Origin: a virus
DNA length: 64,000 nt
Virus record (IMG/VR): IMGVR_UViG_3300031963_000013
Reading direction: 5' to 3' (one strand)
Shown here piece after piece: positions 20,885 to 30,352 of the stretch; position 1 is the first letter of the stretch; the number at the start of each line of letters is the position of its first letter. Under the pieces are notes generated by a model that was given only the letters and a program-made list of their open reading frames with translations, did no database searches and was not told the origin of the DNA. The position numbers and the translations under genes are program-made.

Positions 20885-21178
20885 ATGCAAAAATTAAAAC
20901 CACTAAATGGGATAGCCGTACTGAAGGTCGTCGAAGAAGAAGAGATGACTTACGGAAACATAGTTTTACCAGATATGGGTAAAGAACGTCCAGACATGGG
21001 AGAAGTTGTAGAGTGCAGTGACACCTATAATTGGCACAAAGGATCTTATTACGAAACCAAACTCAAACCAGGCCAAAGAGTGCTAATTCCAAAAATGGGT
21101 TCTATGAAAGTTAACGTAGACGGAGAAGATTACATATTAATCAAAGAAACAGAAATTTTAGCAATTTTAGAAAAATAA
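20885..21178 (+). CDS. groES: Co-chaperonin GroES
   Basis: LKPL, GNIVLPD..KE.P, GEVV, DGEDYILIKETEILA. Confidence 0.9.
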   Translation: MQKLKPLNGIAVLKVVEEEEMTYGNIVLPDMGKERPDMGEVVECSDTYNWHKGSYYETKLKPGQRVLIPKMGSMKVNVDGEDYILIKETEILAILEK

Positions 21179-21182
21179 AAAT

Positions 21183-22805
21183 ATGAGTACAACAAAATTT
21201 GTAAAAGGACAAGAACTTAAAGAGAAGTTACTTGCAGGTATAGAAAAACTAAACGACGCAGTTGGTTCTACGCTTGGTCCAGGAGGAAGAACCGTTTTGA
21301 TAAAAGAACTAAACGGAGAAACCAAAATTTCAAAAGATGGCGTATCTGTAGCTAAAAGCTTTGGCGAATTAGAGGATCCTATAGAAACGATTGGAGCAAA
21401 CTTAGTAAAACAAGTGAGTATCAAATCTGCTAACGAGGCCGGCGATGGAACAACAACCTCTACTATCATTGCAACTGAAATGATTAAGGAAGGTCTAAAA
21501 GAAATAAGACAGGGAACAAATGCTGTTGAAATTAAGAATCAGATAGATAGCATAGTTAGCGAAATCATAGATCAAATAAAAAATAAGTCTGTTGATATAG
21601 AATCAGAAGAGCAGATCAAACAAGTAGCTACTATCTCTGGTAACAACGACACAGAAATTGGAAGTCTTATCGCTACCGCTATTGACAAAGTTGGAAGAGA
21701 GGGCGTAATCACTTTAGAAGAGTCTAAAACTGGAGACACTCAATTGGAAGTTGTTGAGGGCATGCAGTTTGAAAGGGGTTACAAGAGTCCGTACTTTGTA
21801 ACAAACAACAACACAATGCAGTCTATTTTAGAAAATCCTTATATTTTACTATACGACGGTAAAATATCTACCGCTCAAGAGCTATTGCAGGTGATGACAA
21901 AGGTTAACTCTGAAAATAAACCGTTGCTTGTGATAGCTGAAGACTTTGGAGACGAAGCTTTAGCGACAATGATTGTTAACAAGATGCGTGGCATAGTTCA
22001 AGCGTGCGCTGTTAAAGCTCCTGACTTCGGAGAGCGAAAGACACTGATTTTAGAAGACATAGCTATCTTAACAGGCGGACAAGTACTTTCTAAAGACAAA
22101 GGACACAAGCTAGATAAACTTCCAGCCGGCCAGTTGAGTCAGTATTTGGGAACGTGTAGATTAGTAACAGTGTCAAAGGACGAAACAACCATCGTAGACG
22201 GAAAAGGGGATTTAGAAAAGATAGAAACTAGAGCAAAAGAAATAAAAGAGCAGATAGACAAAGCAACATCGTTCTTTGAAAAAGAGAAGCTACAAGAGAG
22301 ACTTGGTAAAATGATCGGCGGAGTTGCAATCATCAGCGTAGGCGGCAATTCAGAAGTAGAGATAAAAGAGAAGAAGGATAGATTAGAAGATTCGCTATAC
22401 GCGACAAAAGCTGCATTAGCTGAAGGTATCGTACCAGGAGGAGGAAGCATATTATACCAACTTTCTTTAAAATTAAAATCCGAAGACACAACAAGCGCTA
22501 GTGTGGCCAAAGAGATCGTTAGGAAAGCGATTCAAGCTCCATTTAAAAAGATACTATCAAACGCAGGAGTCGAGGATTGGTGGAATAAAGTGCCTAACGA
22601 AGGAGAAGTTTACGACGCTAAGAGCCACAGAATAGTAAATGGACTCGAAGCAGGCATCATAGATCCAGCTAAGGTTGTGATCACAGCTCTACGAAACGCA
22701 TCATCTGTAGCAGGCACAGTACTCACAACAGAAAGCGTAGTGTTTGAGAAGAAAGATAAAGATGAGAAAGCTGATCCGATGGCAGGAATGATGGGAGGAA
22801 TGTAA
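21183..22805 (+). CDS. groEL: Chaperonin GroEL
   Basis: TLGPGG, KDGVSVA, AGDGTTT, EGMQFERGY, GIIDP.KV, GGM tail. Confidence 0.97.
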   Translation: MSTTKFVKGQELKEKLLAGIEKLNDAVGSTLGPGGRTVLIKELNGETKISKDGVSVAKSFGELEDPIETIGANLVKQVSIKSANEAGDGTTTSTIIATEMIKEGLKEIRQGTNAVEIKNQIDSIVSEIIDQIKNKSVDIESEEQIKQVATISGNNDTEIGSLIATAIDKVGREGVITLEESKTGDTQLEVVEGMQFERGYKSPYFVTNNNTMQSILENPYILLYDGKISTAQELLQVMTKVNSENKPLLVIAEDFGDEALATMIVNKMRGIVQACAVKAPDFGERKTLILEDIAILTGGQVLSKDKGHKLDKLPAGQLSQYLGTCRLVTVSKDETTIVDGKGDLEKIETRAKEIKEQIDKATSFFEKEKLQERLGKMIGGVAIISVGGNSEVEIKEKKDRLEDSLYATKAALAEGIVPGGGSILYQLSLKLKSEDTTSASVAKEIVRKAIQAPFKKILSNAGVEDWWNKVPNEGEVYDAKSHRIVNGLEAGIIDPAKVVITALRNASSVAGTVLTTESVVFEKKDKDEKADPMAGMMGGM

Positions 22806-22812
22806 TAACAAG

Positions 22813-22837
22813 GAGCGCCCTAACAAGGCGCTCTTTT
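22813..22837 (+). terminator. Intrinsic terminator
   Basis: GAGCGCC-ctaacaa-GGCGCTC-TTTT. Confidence 0.8.
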
Positions 22838-22856
22838 CACATAATAAATAAAGTAT

Positions 22857-23738
22857 ATGTTCGAAAACAAGTGCACAACAAAAGAAAGCCTAGACGAAAC
22901 CAACGGTAGGAATCTAGAGTACTACCTAAACATAACCAAAGACTATAAACATAATTTTACATTCGTAACAAAAGACATAGATGGCTTTAAAGTCATAGAT
23001 GATGGAGAGTTTCAGTATGGGACTAAAGCTAAGATGGCAGATTTTTTTATATCCCAAATTAAGGAAGATTCAATGGTGTATTGCTGTCCGAGAACGGGAT
23101 ATGCTCCTTACTCTTTGTGTTACCTAGCCAAGAAGTACAACAAGAAACTGTACCTTGTAATGCCAGCCTCAGAGAAAGCGTCGGAACACCAACTCACAGC
23201 CATAGAAGAAGGCGGCATACCTTTGTTCGTAAGGATACCAGCGATGCCAACAGCAAACATATGGGCAAAGAAGTTCGCAGAAAAGATTGGAGCTAGGTTC
23301 CTTCCATTTGGTCTTAAGCACGAGATGGTTGTGGCAGGCGGTGTTAGAGTGTTCTACGATAACTTCAAAGACTCAAACATAGAAACGATGTGGTCTGTAT
23401 TCTCTACCGGGGTACTATCAAGAACTCTTCAGATAGCAATACCTAAAGCTGAATTCAACGCGGTAGCAGTAGCAAGAAACATTCAAGAGGGAGAATTAGG
23501 CAGAGCAAACTTCTACAGTTATGATAAGGCGTTCACCAAAAACTCAAGGATCACACCGCCTTTCGACTGCGTTCTCACCTACGACGCTAAAGGCTGGGAA
23601 ATGATCAAACAACACGGGAAACAAGGAGACTACTTTTGGAACGTGGCGCCGGCTATGAGAAAACCGAATCTAAAACCAAGCGACATAGACTCGAATAGGG
23701 CGTGGGGAGATTTCACAGATTTAGAGCGTGGTATTTAA
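22857..23738 (+). CDS. PLP-dependent enzyme, fold type II (PALP/TrpB-like)
   Basis: GTKAK (candidate PLP Lys), RTGYAPYSL..LA...K.YLVMP, FSTGVLSR, TYDAK, FWNVA. Confidence 0.65.
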   Translation: MFENKCTTKESLDETNGRNLEYYLNITKDYKHNFTFVTKDIDGFKVIDDGEFQYGTKAKMADFFISQIKEDSMVYCCPRTGYAPYSLCYLAKKYNKKLYLVMPASEKASEHQLTAIEEGGIPLFVRIPAMPTANIWAKKFAEKIGARFLPFGLKHEMVVAGGVRVFYDNFKDSNIETMWSVFSTGVLSRTLQIAIPKAEFNAVAVARNIQEGELGRANFYSYDKAFTKNSRITPPFDCVLTYDAKGWEMIKQHGKQGDYFWNVAPAMRKPNLKPSDIDSNRAWGDFTDLERGI

Positions 23739-23791
23739 AACATCTATTTAATTTATTTAATTTTTTATATATTTATATTAAATATAATACA

Positions 23792-24091
23792 ATGAGTCAA
23801 AGAGTACAAGAATCTAAATCTCCAAAAAGTAAAGGTTTTAAAGAAGTGTATACTGGAGAGTATAATCTTTTTTTAAAGAAACATAGCGGATACGATGATG
23901 AATATTTAATAATTATTATGATTGGAGATAATGAAGTAGATACACAAATGATAGTGCGTGGAGACGGAAGAGTTGTTGGGTCTACTGGGTGTGATTGTAC
24001 AATGTTTTTTCAAGCAATATCTAAAGATATGGTTAAAAATCTAAAAAAATATGACTTGAAAAAAATGTCAAAAAACTTAAAACAGACTTAA
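23792..24091 (+). CDS. Hypothetical protein (AT-rich insert)
   Basis: ATG 23792 follows TATTTATA at 23770; own terminator downstream. Confidence 0.55.
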   Translation: MSQRVQESKSPKSKGFKEVYTGEYNLFLKKHSGYDDEYLIIIMIGDNEVDTQMIVRGDGRVVGSTGCDCTMFFQAISKDMVKNLKKYDLKKMSKNLKQT

Positions 24092-24124
24092 TAAGTCTAT
24101 AAGCTAAAATCACTTAATTGTTTT

Positions 24125-24149
24125 AAAGCATCTTTATGGTGCTTTTTTT
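24125..24149 (+). terminator. Intrinsic terminator
   Basis: AAAGCATC-loop-GGTGCTTT followed by T-run. Confidence 0.7.
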
Positions 24150-24214
24150 ATGACTTTAAAAAGTACTGCGATTTTTGATTTTACCAGTTCACTACTATTT
24201 AGTAAATTGCTGTT

Positions 24215-24586
24215 ATGGTGTTAGCTATAATAGGAAGTCGGTCATTTAACGATATGGAACTTTTAGAGGAAAAGCTTTCTGAGTACGTAGGAAAAGCCAC
24301 TAGAGTAGTTAGCGGTGGAGCTAAAGGAGCAGATTCTTTGGCAGAAAGATGGGCATTCAGACACGGATGCGATCTTTCAATTCACTTACCGGACTGGAAA
24401 AAACACGGTAAAAAGGCCGGATTCATTAGGAATATTGAGATAATAAACGAGTGCGATGAGTGCGTAGCTTTTTGGGACGGTAAGAGTAGAGGCACACACC
24501 ACTCAATATTTATGTGTAACAAGCTTAACAAAAAAGTAACAATAGTAGAGTATGAAAAAATTGATAGAGGGAATAAGATACAATAA
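24215..24586 (+). CDS. SLOG-fold protein (DUF2493/YspA-like)
   Basis: AIIGSRSF, VSGGAKGADSLA, AGFIRN, AFWDGKSRGT. Confidence 0.85.
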   Translation: MVLAIIGSRSFNDMELLEEKLSEYVGKATRVVSGGAKGADSLAERWAFRHGCDLSIHLPDWKKHGKKAGFIRNIEIINECDECVAFWDGKSRGTHHSIFMCNKLNKKVTIVEYEKIDRGNKIQ

Positions 24587-25301
24587 AGAGAGCGATAAGT
24601 TCGAATTCGTGTGGAATGATGATGCTCCTGGTGATCTTGTCAATCTAAAATTACAGAGGTACAACAAGCTGTTATCCACAAAGGATGGCAACAAAGTGTA
24701 TTACGCGTATAAGATAGATAGCGCTCAAAAGGATCAAAGTGCTCTTTTAAGAAAAAGCATAAAGTACATGGACACGAAAGTAAACCGTGAAGATGTGGAA
24801 TTGATGATCTCTAAAGCTGTTGTTAACTTTAATGCCCTATCTCCGCTTTCTAACTACGATCTTATCATAACCCCTAAGAGTACTTCAAACGTATTGGATC
24901 TATTAAAGAACTTCATACACGCTAAGGCAGGAAGTAATACGCTGCTATATTCTGACGTATTTGTAAAGAACACAGTAGACAACATTCAATTTGACGAAGA
25001 GAAGCTAAACAAATTGCCACAAGACAAGCGTGATAAAATAGTTTTGATACTAAATAAAGTCTTCAGTAAACAGGACTATAAGATTAAATCTTTGCCTCCC
25101 AGATTCAGAAAGTATGTAATGAATTTTTTAAAGTTTAATACAGAAGTAGAGAAGAGGCTAATGAACAAGATAATCGGAGGTAAAATACTGTTGGTAGACG
25201 ATATATTGACCGAGGGTACAACTATAAAAAGTATGTCAAATCTTCTAAAAAGCGTTAATGCACTCGACGTAACCTCTTTTGTACTATTAACCAATAAATA
25301 A
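24552..25301 (+). CDS. Phosphoribosyltransferase-fold protein
   Basis: C-terminal PRPP-binding loop KILLVDDILTEGTTI; IITPKST. Confidence 0.7.
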   Translation: MKKLIEGIRYNKESDKFEFVWNDDAPGDLVNLKLQRYNKLLSTKDGNKVYYAYKIDSAQKDQSALLRKSIKYMDTKVNREDVELMISKAVVNFNALSPLSNYDLIITPKSTSNVLDLLKNFIHAKAGSNTLLYSDVFVKNTVDNIQFDEEKLNKLPQDKRDKIVLILNKVFSKQDYKIKSLPPRFRKYVMNFLKFNTEVEKRLMNKIIGGKILLVDDILTEGTTIKSMSNLLKSVNALDVTSFVLLTNK

Positions 25302-25353
25302 TTACTAAAAACTATTAGTACGAATTCAAAAAAATATTTAGTAAATTACAGTT

Positions 25354-25629
25354 ATGAAACAGAATAGCATACTACAACAAGCACACGAGATTGTATTCGA
25401 ACGCGGTGAAGAGAAGGAACGCCAATATGGACCTTTTGAAGAAGGCATGGAACAAACAGCTAGAATAGCTTCCGAAATGTCAAGAAAAGAACTAACAGCT
25501 TTCGACGTATACAATGTTCTTATAGCTCTTAAACTATCTAGAGCTTCTTGGAATTACAAAGAAGACAACTATCTAGACGCAGTTGCATACATGGCATCGT
25601 TAGACAAGTATCTATCAAACAAAAAATAA
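25354..25629 (+). CDS. DUF6378-like all-alpha nucleotide pyrophosphohydrolase candidate
   Basis: ILQQA..IV...ERQYG, LKLSR, DNYLDAVAY. Confidence 0.65.
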   Translation: MKQNSILQQAHEIVFERGEEKERQYGPFEEGMEQTARIASEMSRKELTAFDVYNVLIALKLSRASWNYKEDNYLDAVAYMASLDKYLSNKK

Positions 25630-25635
25630 ACAGTT

Positions 25636-25911
25636 ATGACTTACACACTTACATTTCTTGGGGTTGCAATTACCCTGTTCTTGGCCGATGTATTTTGGGC
25701 CCTATATTTCATTAAGATCGAAGAGAGAAACAGCCTGATGTCAGGAGTATACGGATCACTAATCTATTTATTTGGTGCATTCGCAGTTACCCAATACACA
25801 GAAGACAAAAGCTTCATCATTGCTGCAGTTCTTGGAGCTTTCTTAGGAACATATGTAACAGTTGAATGGAAAAGAAGAAAAGACAAAAAAGAAAAAACAA
25901 CAAACGTATAA
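25636..25911 (+). CDS. Small membrane protein
   Basis: Three hydrophobic segments. Confidence 0.65.
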   Translation: MTYTLTFLGVAITLFLADVFWALYFIKIEERNSLMSGVYGSLIYLFGAFAVTQYTEDKSFIIAAVLGAFLGTYVTVEWKRRKDKKEKTTNV

Positions 25912-25912
25912 C

Positions 25913-26350
25913 ATGAAAATTAAAAAAATCAGAGACGTAAAGACGCCTTCCAGAGGCACACCAGACAGCGCAGGCATAGACTTCTATATTCCTGATGATT
26001 ATATTACGCAAGCTAAAACGCTGCACCCAGGTGAATCGGTGCTGATCCCAAGCGGTATTAAAGCGAATGTACCTGATGGATACGGACTTGTAGCTATGAA
26101 TAAGAGCGGTGTAGCCACAAAGCAAGGCTTGACCTACGGCGCCCAGTTGGTGGACCCAGATTATACAGGAGAGATACATATACATGTCTTCAACGTATCT
26201 GATAAACCGCAGACCATTCAACCTGGTCAGAAGATCATGCAGTTTGTCCTCATTCCAATCAACTTCGAAAACGTAGAACTAGTAGATGAGTTACCAGAAA
26301 AACAAACAACAAGAGGCGATAAAGGGTTTGGAAGTACGGGAGTCTTCTAA
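25913..26350 (+). CDS. dut: Trimeric dUTPase
   Basis: SAGIDF, KSG, VDPDYTGEI, KIMQ, RGDKGFGSTG. Confidence 0.95.
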   Translation: MKIKKIRDVKTPSRGTPDSAGIDFYIPDDYITQAKTLHPGESVLIPSGIKANVPDGYGLVAMNKSGVATKQGLTYGAQLVDPDYTGEIHIHVFNVSDKPQTIQPGQKIMQFVLIPINFENVELVDELPEKQTTRGDKGFGSTGVF

Positions 26351-26756
26351 GCAACAAAGATTGGACAGCGTTTACATGGCCATGGCTTTGGCCGTGTCTA
26401 CGCTTTCTCACTGCAAACGAAGCCAAGTGGGTGCCATACTCGAAAAGGGGCAAAACATAATAAGTATGGGGTATAACGGCACCCCAAGCGGAATGGATAA
26501 TTGTTGCGAAGATGAAGACAACAATACGAAACCCATTACACTACACGCCGAAATGAATGCAGTTATTAAGGCAGCAAAGACTGGAAACTCGGTACAAGAC
26601 TCAACTCTTTACATCACACTCGCGCCCTGTATAGAGTGTGCCAAATACCTATTGCAATCCGGAATCCAGAGAGTTGTATATTTACAGGACTACAGGAATA
26701 TGTCGGGAGTAGAACTATTAAAACAATTCATAAAAGTAGAAAAGCATGATAAATAA
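26286..26756 (+). CDS. dCMP deaminase (start uncertain)
   Basis: VGAIL, GYNG, HAEMNA, PCIECAK. Confidence 0.93.
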   Translation: MSYQKNKQQEAIKGLEVRESSKQQRLDSVYMAMALAVSTLSHCKRSQVGAILEKGQNIISMGYNGTPSGMDNCCEDEDNNTKPITLHAEMNAVIKAAKTGNSVQDSTLYITLAPCIECAKYLLQSGIQRVVYLQDYRNMSGVELLKQFIKVEKHDK

Positions 26757-27393
26757 TAACATATACAAGAATCCAACAGAAGCGTTTGAGCAAGCTTACC
26801 ACTACATAAATTCGTACGGTAAGTTCTTTGCAGGAACCAAAGCCATGTTCAATGCATCTTTCAGCGTATTGAATCCATTGGATAACGTAATCAAAACAGA
26901 AGTTAGAAAGTTCAATCAAGGGTACGCAGACTACGAATGGGATTGGTATCTCAAAGGCGATAGAGACGCATCAGAAATATCAGAAAGAGCAAAGATATGG
27001 AAGAACATGATGATACCAGGTACTACAAACGTCATTAGTAACTATGGATCTTTTTGGAATAAAAATGGCCAGTTAGACAGAATGGTTAACGAGCTTAAGA
27101 ATAATCCAAGCACAAGAAGAGCTGTGTTGGTTCACTACGACCCCAACGAATTGGATCTATACCAATACGATACGCCGTGCAACCTGGTTCTTAACTTCTA
27201 TCTCGAGGATGATAGGTTAGAATTGACAGTGTTTGCAAGATCTATAGACTTGTGGTTCGGGTATTGTAACGATCAGTATTGCTTCTCAAAGTTAATGCAG
27301 TTGGTATCAGAAAGAACTGGTTACCAAGTTGGCAAAATGCATTGGGCAATCACTAATCTCCATTTGTACGAGAGACACTGGAACAAACTATAA
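26746..27393 (+). CDS. Thymidylate-synthase-fold enzyme with dCMP hydroxymethylase-type signature
   Basis: TRRA, catalytic PC, RSIDLWFGYCND (Asp at the ThyA N177 position), NLHLY. Confidence 0.75.
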   Translation: MINNNIYKNPTEAFEQAYHYINSYGKFFAGTKAMFNASFSVLNPLDNVIKTEVRKFNQGYADYEWDWYLKGDRDASEISERAKIWKNMMIPGTTNVISNYGSFWNKNGQLDRMVNELKNNPSTRRAVLVHYDPNELDLYQYDTPCNLVLNFYLEDDRLELTVFARSIDLWFGYCNDQYCFSKLMQLVSERTGYQVGKMHWAITNLHLYERHWNKL

Positions 27394-27408
27394 AAACAAA
27401 TAAAGGTT

Positions 27409-27861
27409 ATGACAATCAGATTAAGCAGAGAGTTTTTAGAAGAACAGTTGGCAAAACTAACTCCAACTTCCTACAATCCATATTATTGGCACAGGAGATA
27501 CAAATCAAAAGAAGAGCTAAGTAACAAGTATCCGCTATACGAGAGGATAGCGCACGGAGACTTCGATCATTCTGAGTACTACTATCAAGCTGAATACGAG
27601 ATGTATCTACTAGAAGATAAACTAAAGACTTGTAAAAACGTAGACGAAGAGCACGACGCTAGAGGTTTGTTTATGGAAAGGCGTAGAAAGTTGATAGCAG
27701 ATTACGAGAAAGAAGAAGCTAAGCGAATGGATAAACTAAAGTCCTCTTTCGTTAAAACTTTTAAGATAAACAAAGATCTACTAGAATCTATTATGGAAAA
27801 CTTTGAAGGGGATTTGTTAGATTTATACCAATACATAAAAACAAAAAAATATGAACAGTAA
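27409..27861 (+). CDS. Hypothetical protein
   Basis: 150 aa ORF with GGTTATG start. Confidence 0.6.
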   Translation: MTIRLSREFLEEQLAKLTPTSYNPYYWHRRYKSKEELSNKYPLYERIAHGDFDHSEYYYQAEYEMYLLEDKLKTCKNVDEEHDARGLFMERRRKLIADYEKEEAKRMDKLKSSFVKTFKINKDLLESIMENFEGDLLDLYQYIKTKKYEQ

Positions 27862-28090
27862 CCCAAGTTCACCGAAACTGAACATCACAATAGACAAGAC
27901 CACAGGTGTTGTTTGCGAAGAGTGTGGATGCAATGTATTCACAGAAGTGCTTATGCTAAGAAAGGCTTCCAAGTTTATAACAGGCACAGCGCAAGATGCA
28001 TTGATCCCAATTCCAGTGTTTGCATGCGCAAAGTGCAAGCACATCAACAAAGATATGCTATCTCCCGATCTTAAAAACGTAGAGGAGTAA
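27851..28090 (+). CDS. Zn-ribbon protein
   Basis: CEEC...CAKC. Confidence 0.65.
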   Translation: MNSNPSSPKLNITIDKTTGVVCEECGCNVFTEVLMLRKASKFITGTAQDALIPIPVFACAKCKHINKDMLSPDLKNVEE

Positions 28091-28093
28091 ATT

Positions 28094-28354
28094 ATGGGAG
28101 ATTATAGAAGCGAAACAGGTTTTACGACTTTGAATGGCAACAATTCTAGAACAATACTAAAAACTGATTCTATAGTTGACTCTGTGATTGATTCTTTCGT
28201 AGATAGATCAAGGATAGGGAAAGAAAAGTACGGTACCGATTTAGATAGAAGCGACCTTAGTCTTTACGATTGGATAGAACACATGCAAATGGAATTGCAA
28301 GATGCAATACTGTACTTAGAAAAAATTAAAAAGGTTATAGGTGGAAAAAACTAA
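28094..28354 (+). CDS. Small MazG-like all-alpha NTP pyrophosphatase candidate
   Basis: RSRIGKEKYG...WIEHMQMELQDAILY. Confidence 0.5.
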   Translation: MGDYRSETGFTTLNGNNSRTILKTDSIVDSVIDSFVDRSRIGKEKYGTDLDRSDLSLYDWIEHMQMELQDAILYLEKIKKVIGGKN

Positions 28355-28404
28355 ACTAGAAATTCACTTGTTATATGGAACTACGCATATTTATTATAAA
28401 CAAT

Positions 28405-29163
28405 ATGCAAATTTATAAAACAACTAACTTAGTAAATTCAAAGATCTATATAGGAAAAGACGTTAAAGCTAGACCAAGTTATCTAGGATCTGGATTAGCA
28501 CTAAAATCTGCTATTAAAAAGTATGGAGCTGAACTCTTTAAGAAAGAAGTGTTAGAGGATAACATAATTGATAAGTCTGTATTAGCTAGTAGAGAGAAGT
28601 ATTGGATAGCTTATTATAATTCTAACAATCCGAATATAGGTTACAATCTAACAAAGGGCGGAGATGGAGGAGATGTTTGTATAGGTAGAGTTACTATAAA
28701 TAAAGATAACGTGGAAAAGAAAGTGGCTAAAAGTGAATTAGAGTTTTATATAAATAATGGATGGAAGTTGGGATTAACAGAAGATCATAAATTAAATTGT
28801 AGTATTGGTCGCAAAGGCAAGGGTTTAGGAAAAGATAATGGAAATTATGGAAATCCCACAGGATTTAAAGGAAATGCTACATCTTTCAAACCAGGAGAAT
28901 TACACCCGATGTATAATAAAAAACAAAGTATAGACACTATTAATAAAAAAATTGAAACTAAAAGAAAAAACGGCACTTTATCAAATAACGGTTCAGAAAA
29001 AAGAAAAAAACCTATATTACAATACGATTTAAGCCACAATTTTGTAAAAGAGTGGTCGGGAGTTAGAGAAGCGATGAATGCATATAATCAAGCTAGAGTA
29101 GGCGACGTAGCAAATGGAAATGCTAAAACTGCAGCTGGATATTATTGGAAATGGAAAAATTAA
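28405..29163 (+). mobile_element. Free-standing GIY-YIG homing endonuclease with NUMOD-type DNA-binding repeats
   Basis: QIYKTTN..KIYIG, YLGSG, REKYWI, GYNLTKGGDG, HPMYNKK, PILQYDL, TAAGYYW; own TATTTAT at 28388. Confidence 0.9.
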
Positions 29164-29167
29164 AGTT

Positions 29168-30082
29168 ATGAGCAAAAAAAATGAATTAAAAATTAATCAT
29201 GCGTATCAAAAATCAGTGAGTTATTCTCAGTACTCTATGTACGAATCTTGCCAGTATCAGTGGTATTTAGCTTATGTAAAGAAAAAGAAGATATTTAAAC
29301 CAGGCATATTTCTATGTTTTGGTACTTCTTTTCACGAAACGTTACAGAATTACCTTGAAGTTATGTACAACAAATCCATAACTGCAGCTAACGAAATAGA
29401 TCTGTCCGCTTACTTAGAAGACAGAATGATAGAGAACTATAAGAAAGATCTTGAAGACAGCAACAACAATCACTACACAACAAAAGAAGAGTTTTCAGAG
29501 TTTATTGCAGATGGTGTAACAACTTTGGAGTGGTTTAAGAAAAATAGAGCAAAATACTTTTCAAAGAAAGATACTGAGTTGGTAGGCATAGAAATCCCTG
29601 TCTTACAATCAGTTACAGAATACAGTCCAAACGTGCTAATTCAGGGTTACATAGACTTCATACTGTATCACAAGAACACAGATACTTACACGATATACGA
29701 TATAAAAACATCTACTCGTGGATGGGGAGATAAGGAAAAGAAGGACGAAATAAAGCTTAGTCAAATTTTGTTATACAAGCACTTTTATTCCAAAGCGCTT
29801 AACATAGATCAAGACAAGATAGACGTAAAATTCTTTATAGTAAAAAGAAAGATATACGAAAACGTAGAGTTTCCCATACCTAGGATTCAAGAATTCGCTC
29901 CTGCTAACAAGACTAAGAAGGTTAAAGATGCTTACAATAGACTTGAAAACTTCATAAAGGAGTGCTTCACTCCAGAAGCCAAGTACAATACCGAGAGAAT
30001 CTATAAAAAGAACCTATCTTCTTGTAAGTGGTGTCAATTCTCAAACAGTCCCGAACTTTGTAATAAAAAACATGAGGAATAA
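29168..30082 (+). CDS. PD-(D/E)XK nuclease (RecB/Cas4-like)
   Basis: SYSQ..C, FGTSFHE, GYIDFI, IYDIKTS, Q..LY, CKWCQF...C. Confidence 0.85.
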   Translation: MSKKNELKINHAYQKSVSYSQYSMYESCQYQWYLAYVKKKKIFKPGIFLCFGTSFHETLQNYLEVMYNKSITAANEIDLSAYLEDRMIENYKKDLEDSNNNHYTTKEEFSEFIADGVTTLEWFKKNRAKYFSKKDTELVGIEIPVLQSVTEYSPNVLIQGYIDFILYHKNTDTYTIYDIKTSTRGWGDKEKKDEIKLSQILLYKHFYSKALNIDQDKIDVKFFIVKRKIYENVEFPIPRIQEFAPANKTKKVKDAYNRLENFIKECFTPEAKYNTERIYKKNLSSCKWCQFSNSPELCNKKHEE

Positions 30083-30123
30083 ATGTATATTTCTATGTTT
30101 ATGTATATTTATATAAAACAACA

Positions 30124-30345
30124 ATGGAGAAGAAATTTTCAACAACAACAGTCAAACTACCTGATAAAATGTACCAGGACTACAAGATAATGTCAATAAG
30201 ATCAACGATGAACTTCCAAGATCTTGTGCATAGATCTATGTTCTTGTATTTAACGGACTCTAACTTTAGACACAAAATACACCAAACGTACACAACTCAC
30301 TACACGGGTAGCGATATGATGAATGCTATAACTAATCACATATAA
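30124..30345 (+). CDS. Ribbon-helix-helix-like small DNA-binding protein
   Basis: TTTVKLP strand followed by two predicted helices; TATTTATA at 30106. Confidence 0.5.
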   Translation: MEKKFSTTTVKLPDKMYQDYKIMSIRSTMNFQDLVHRSMFLYLTDSNFRHKIHQTYTTHYTGSDMMNAITNHI

Positions 30346-30352
30346 ACATTTT

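Noticed and set aside
26286-26350. Programmed frameshift fusing dUTPase and dCMP deaminase
   Set aside because: dUTPase ends with a complete motif V, and the overlap is explained by a later deaminase start; no slippery site with stimulator was seen.
26746-27393. Plain thyA annotation
   Set aside because: Asp rather than Asn at the specificity position; gene symbol withheld.
28355-29167. Group I intron around the GIY-YIG gene
   Set aside because: Flanks are only ~50 nt and 4 nt, leaving no room for a ribozyme core.
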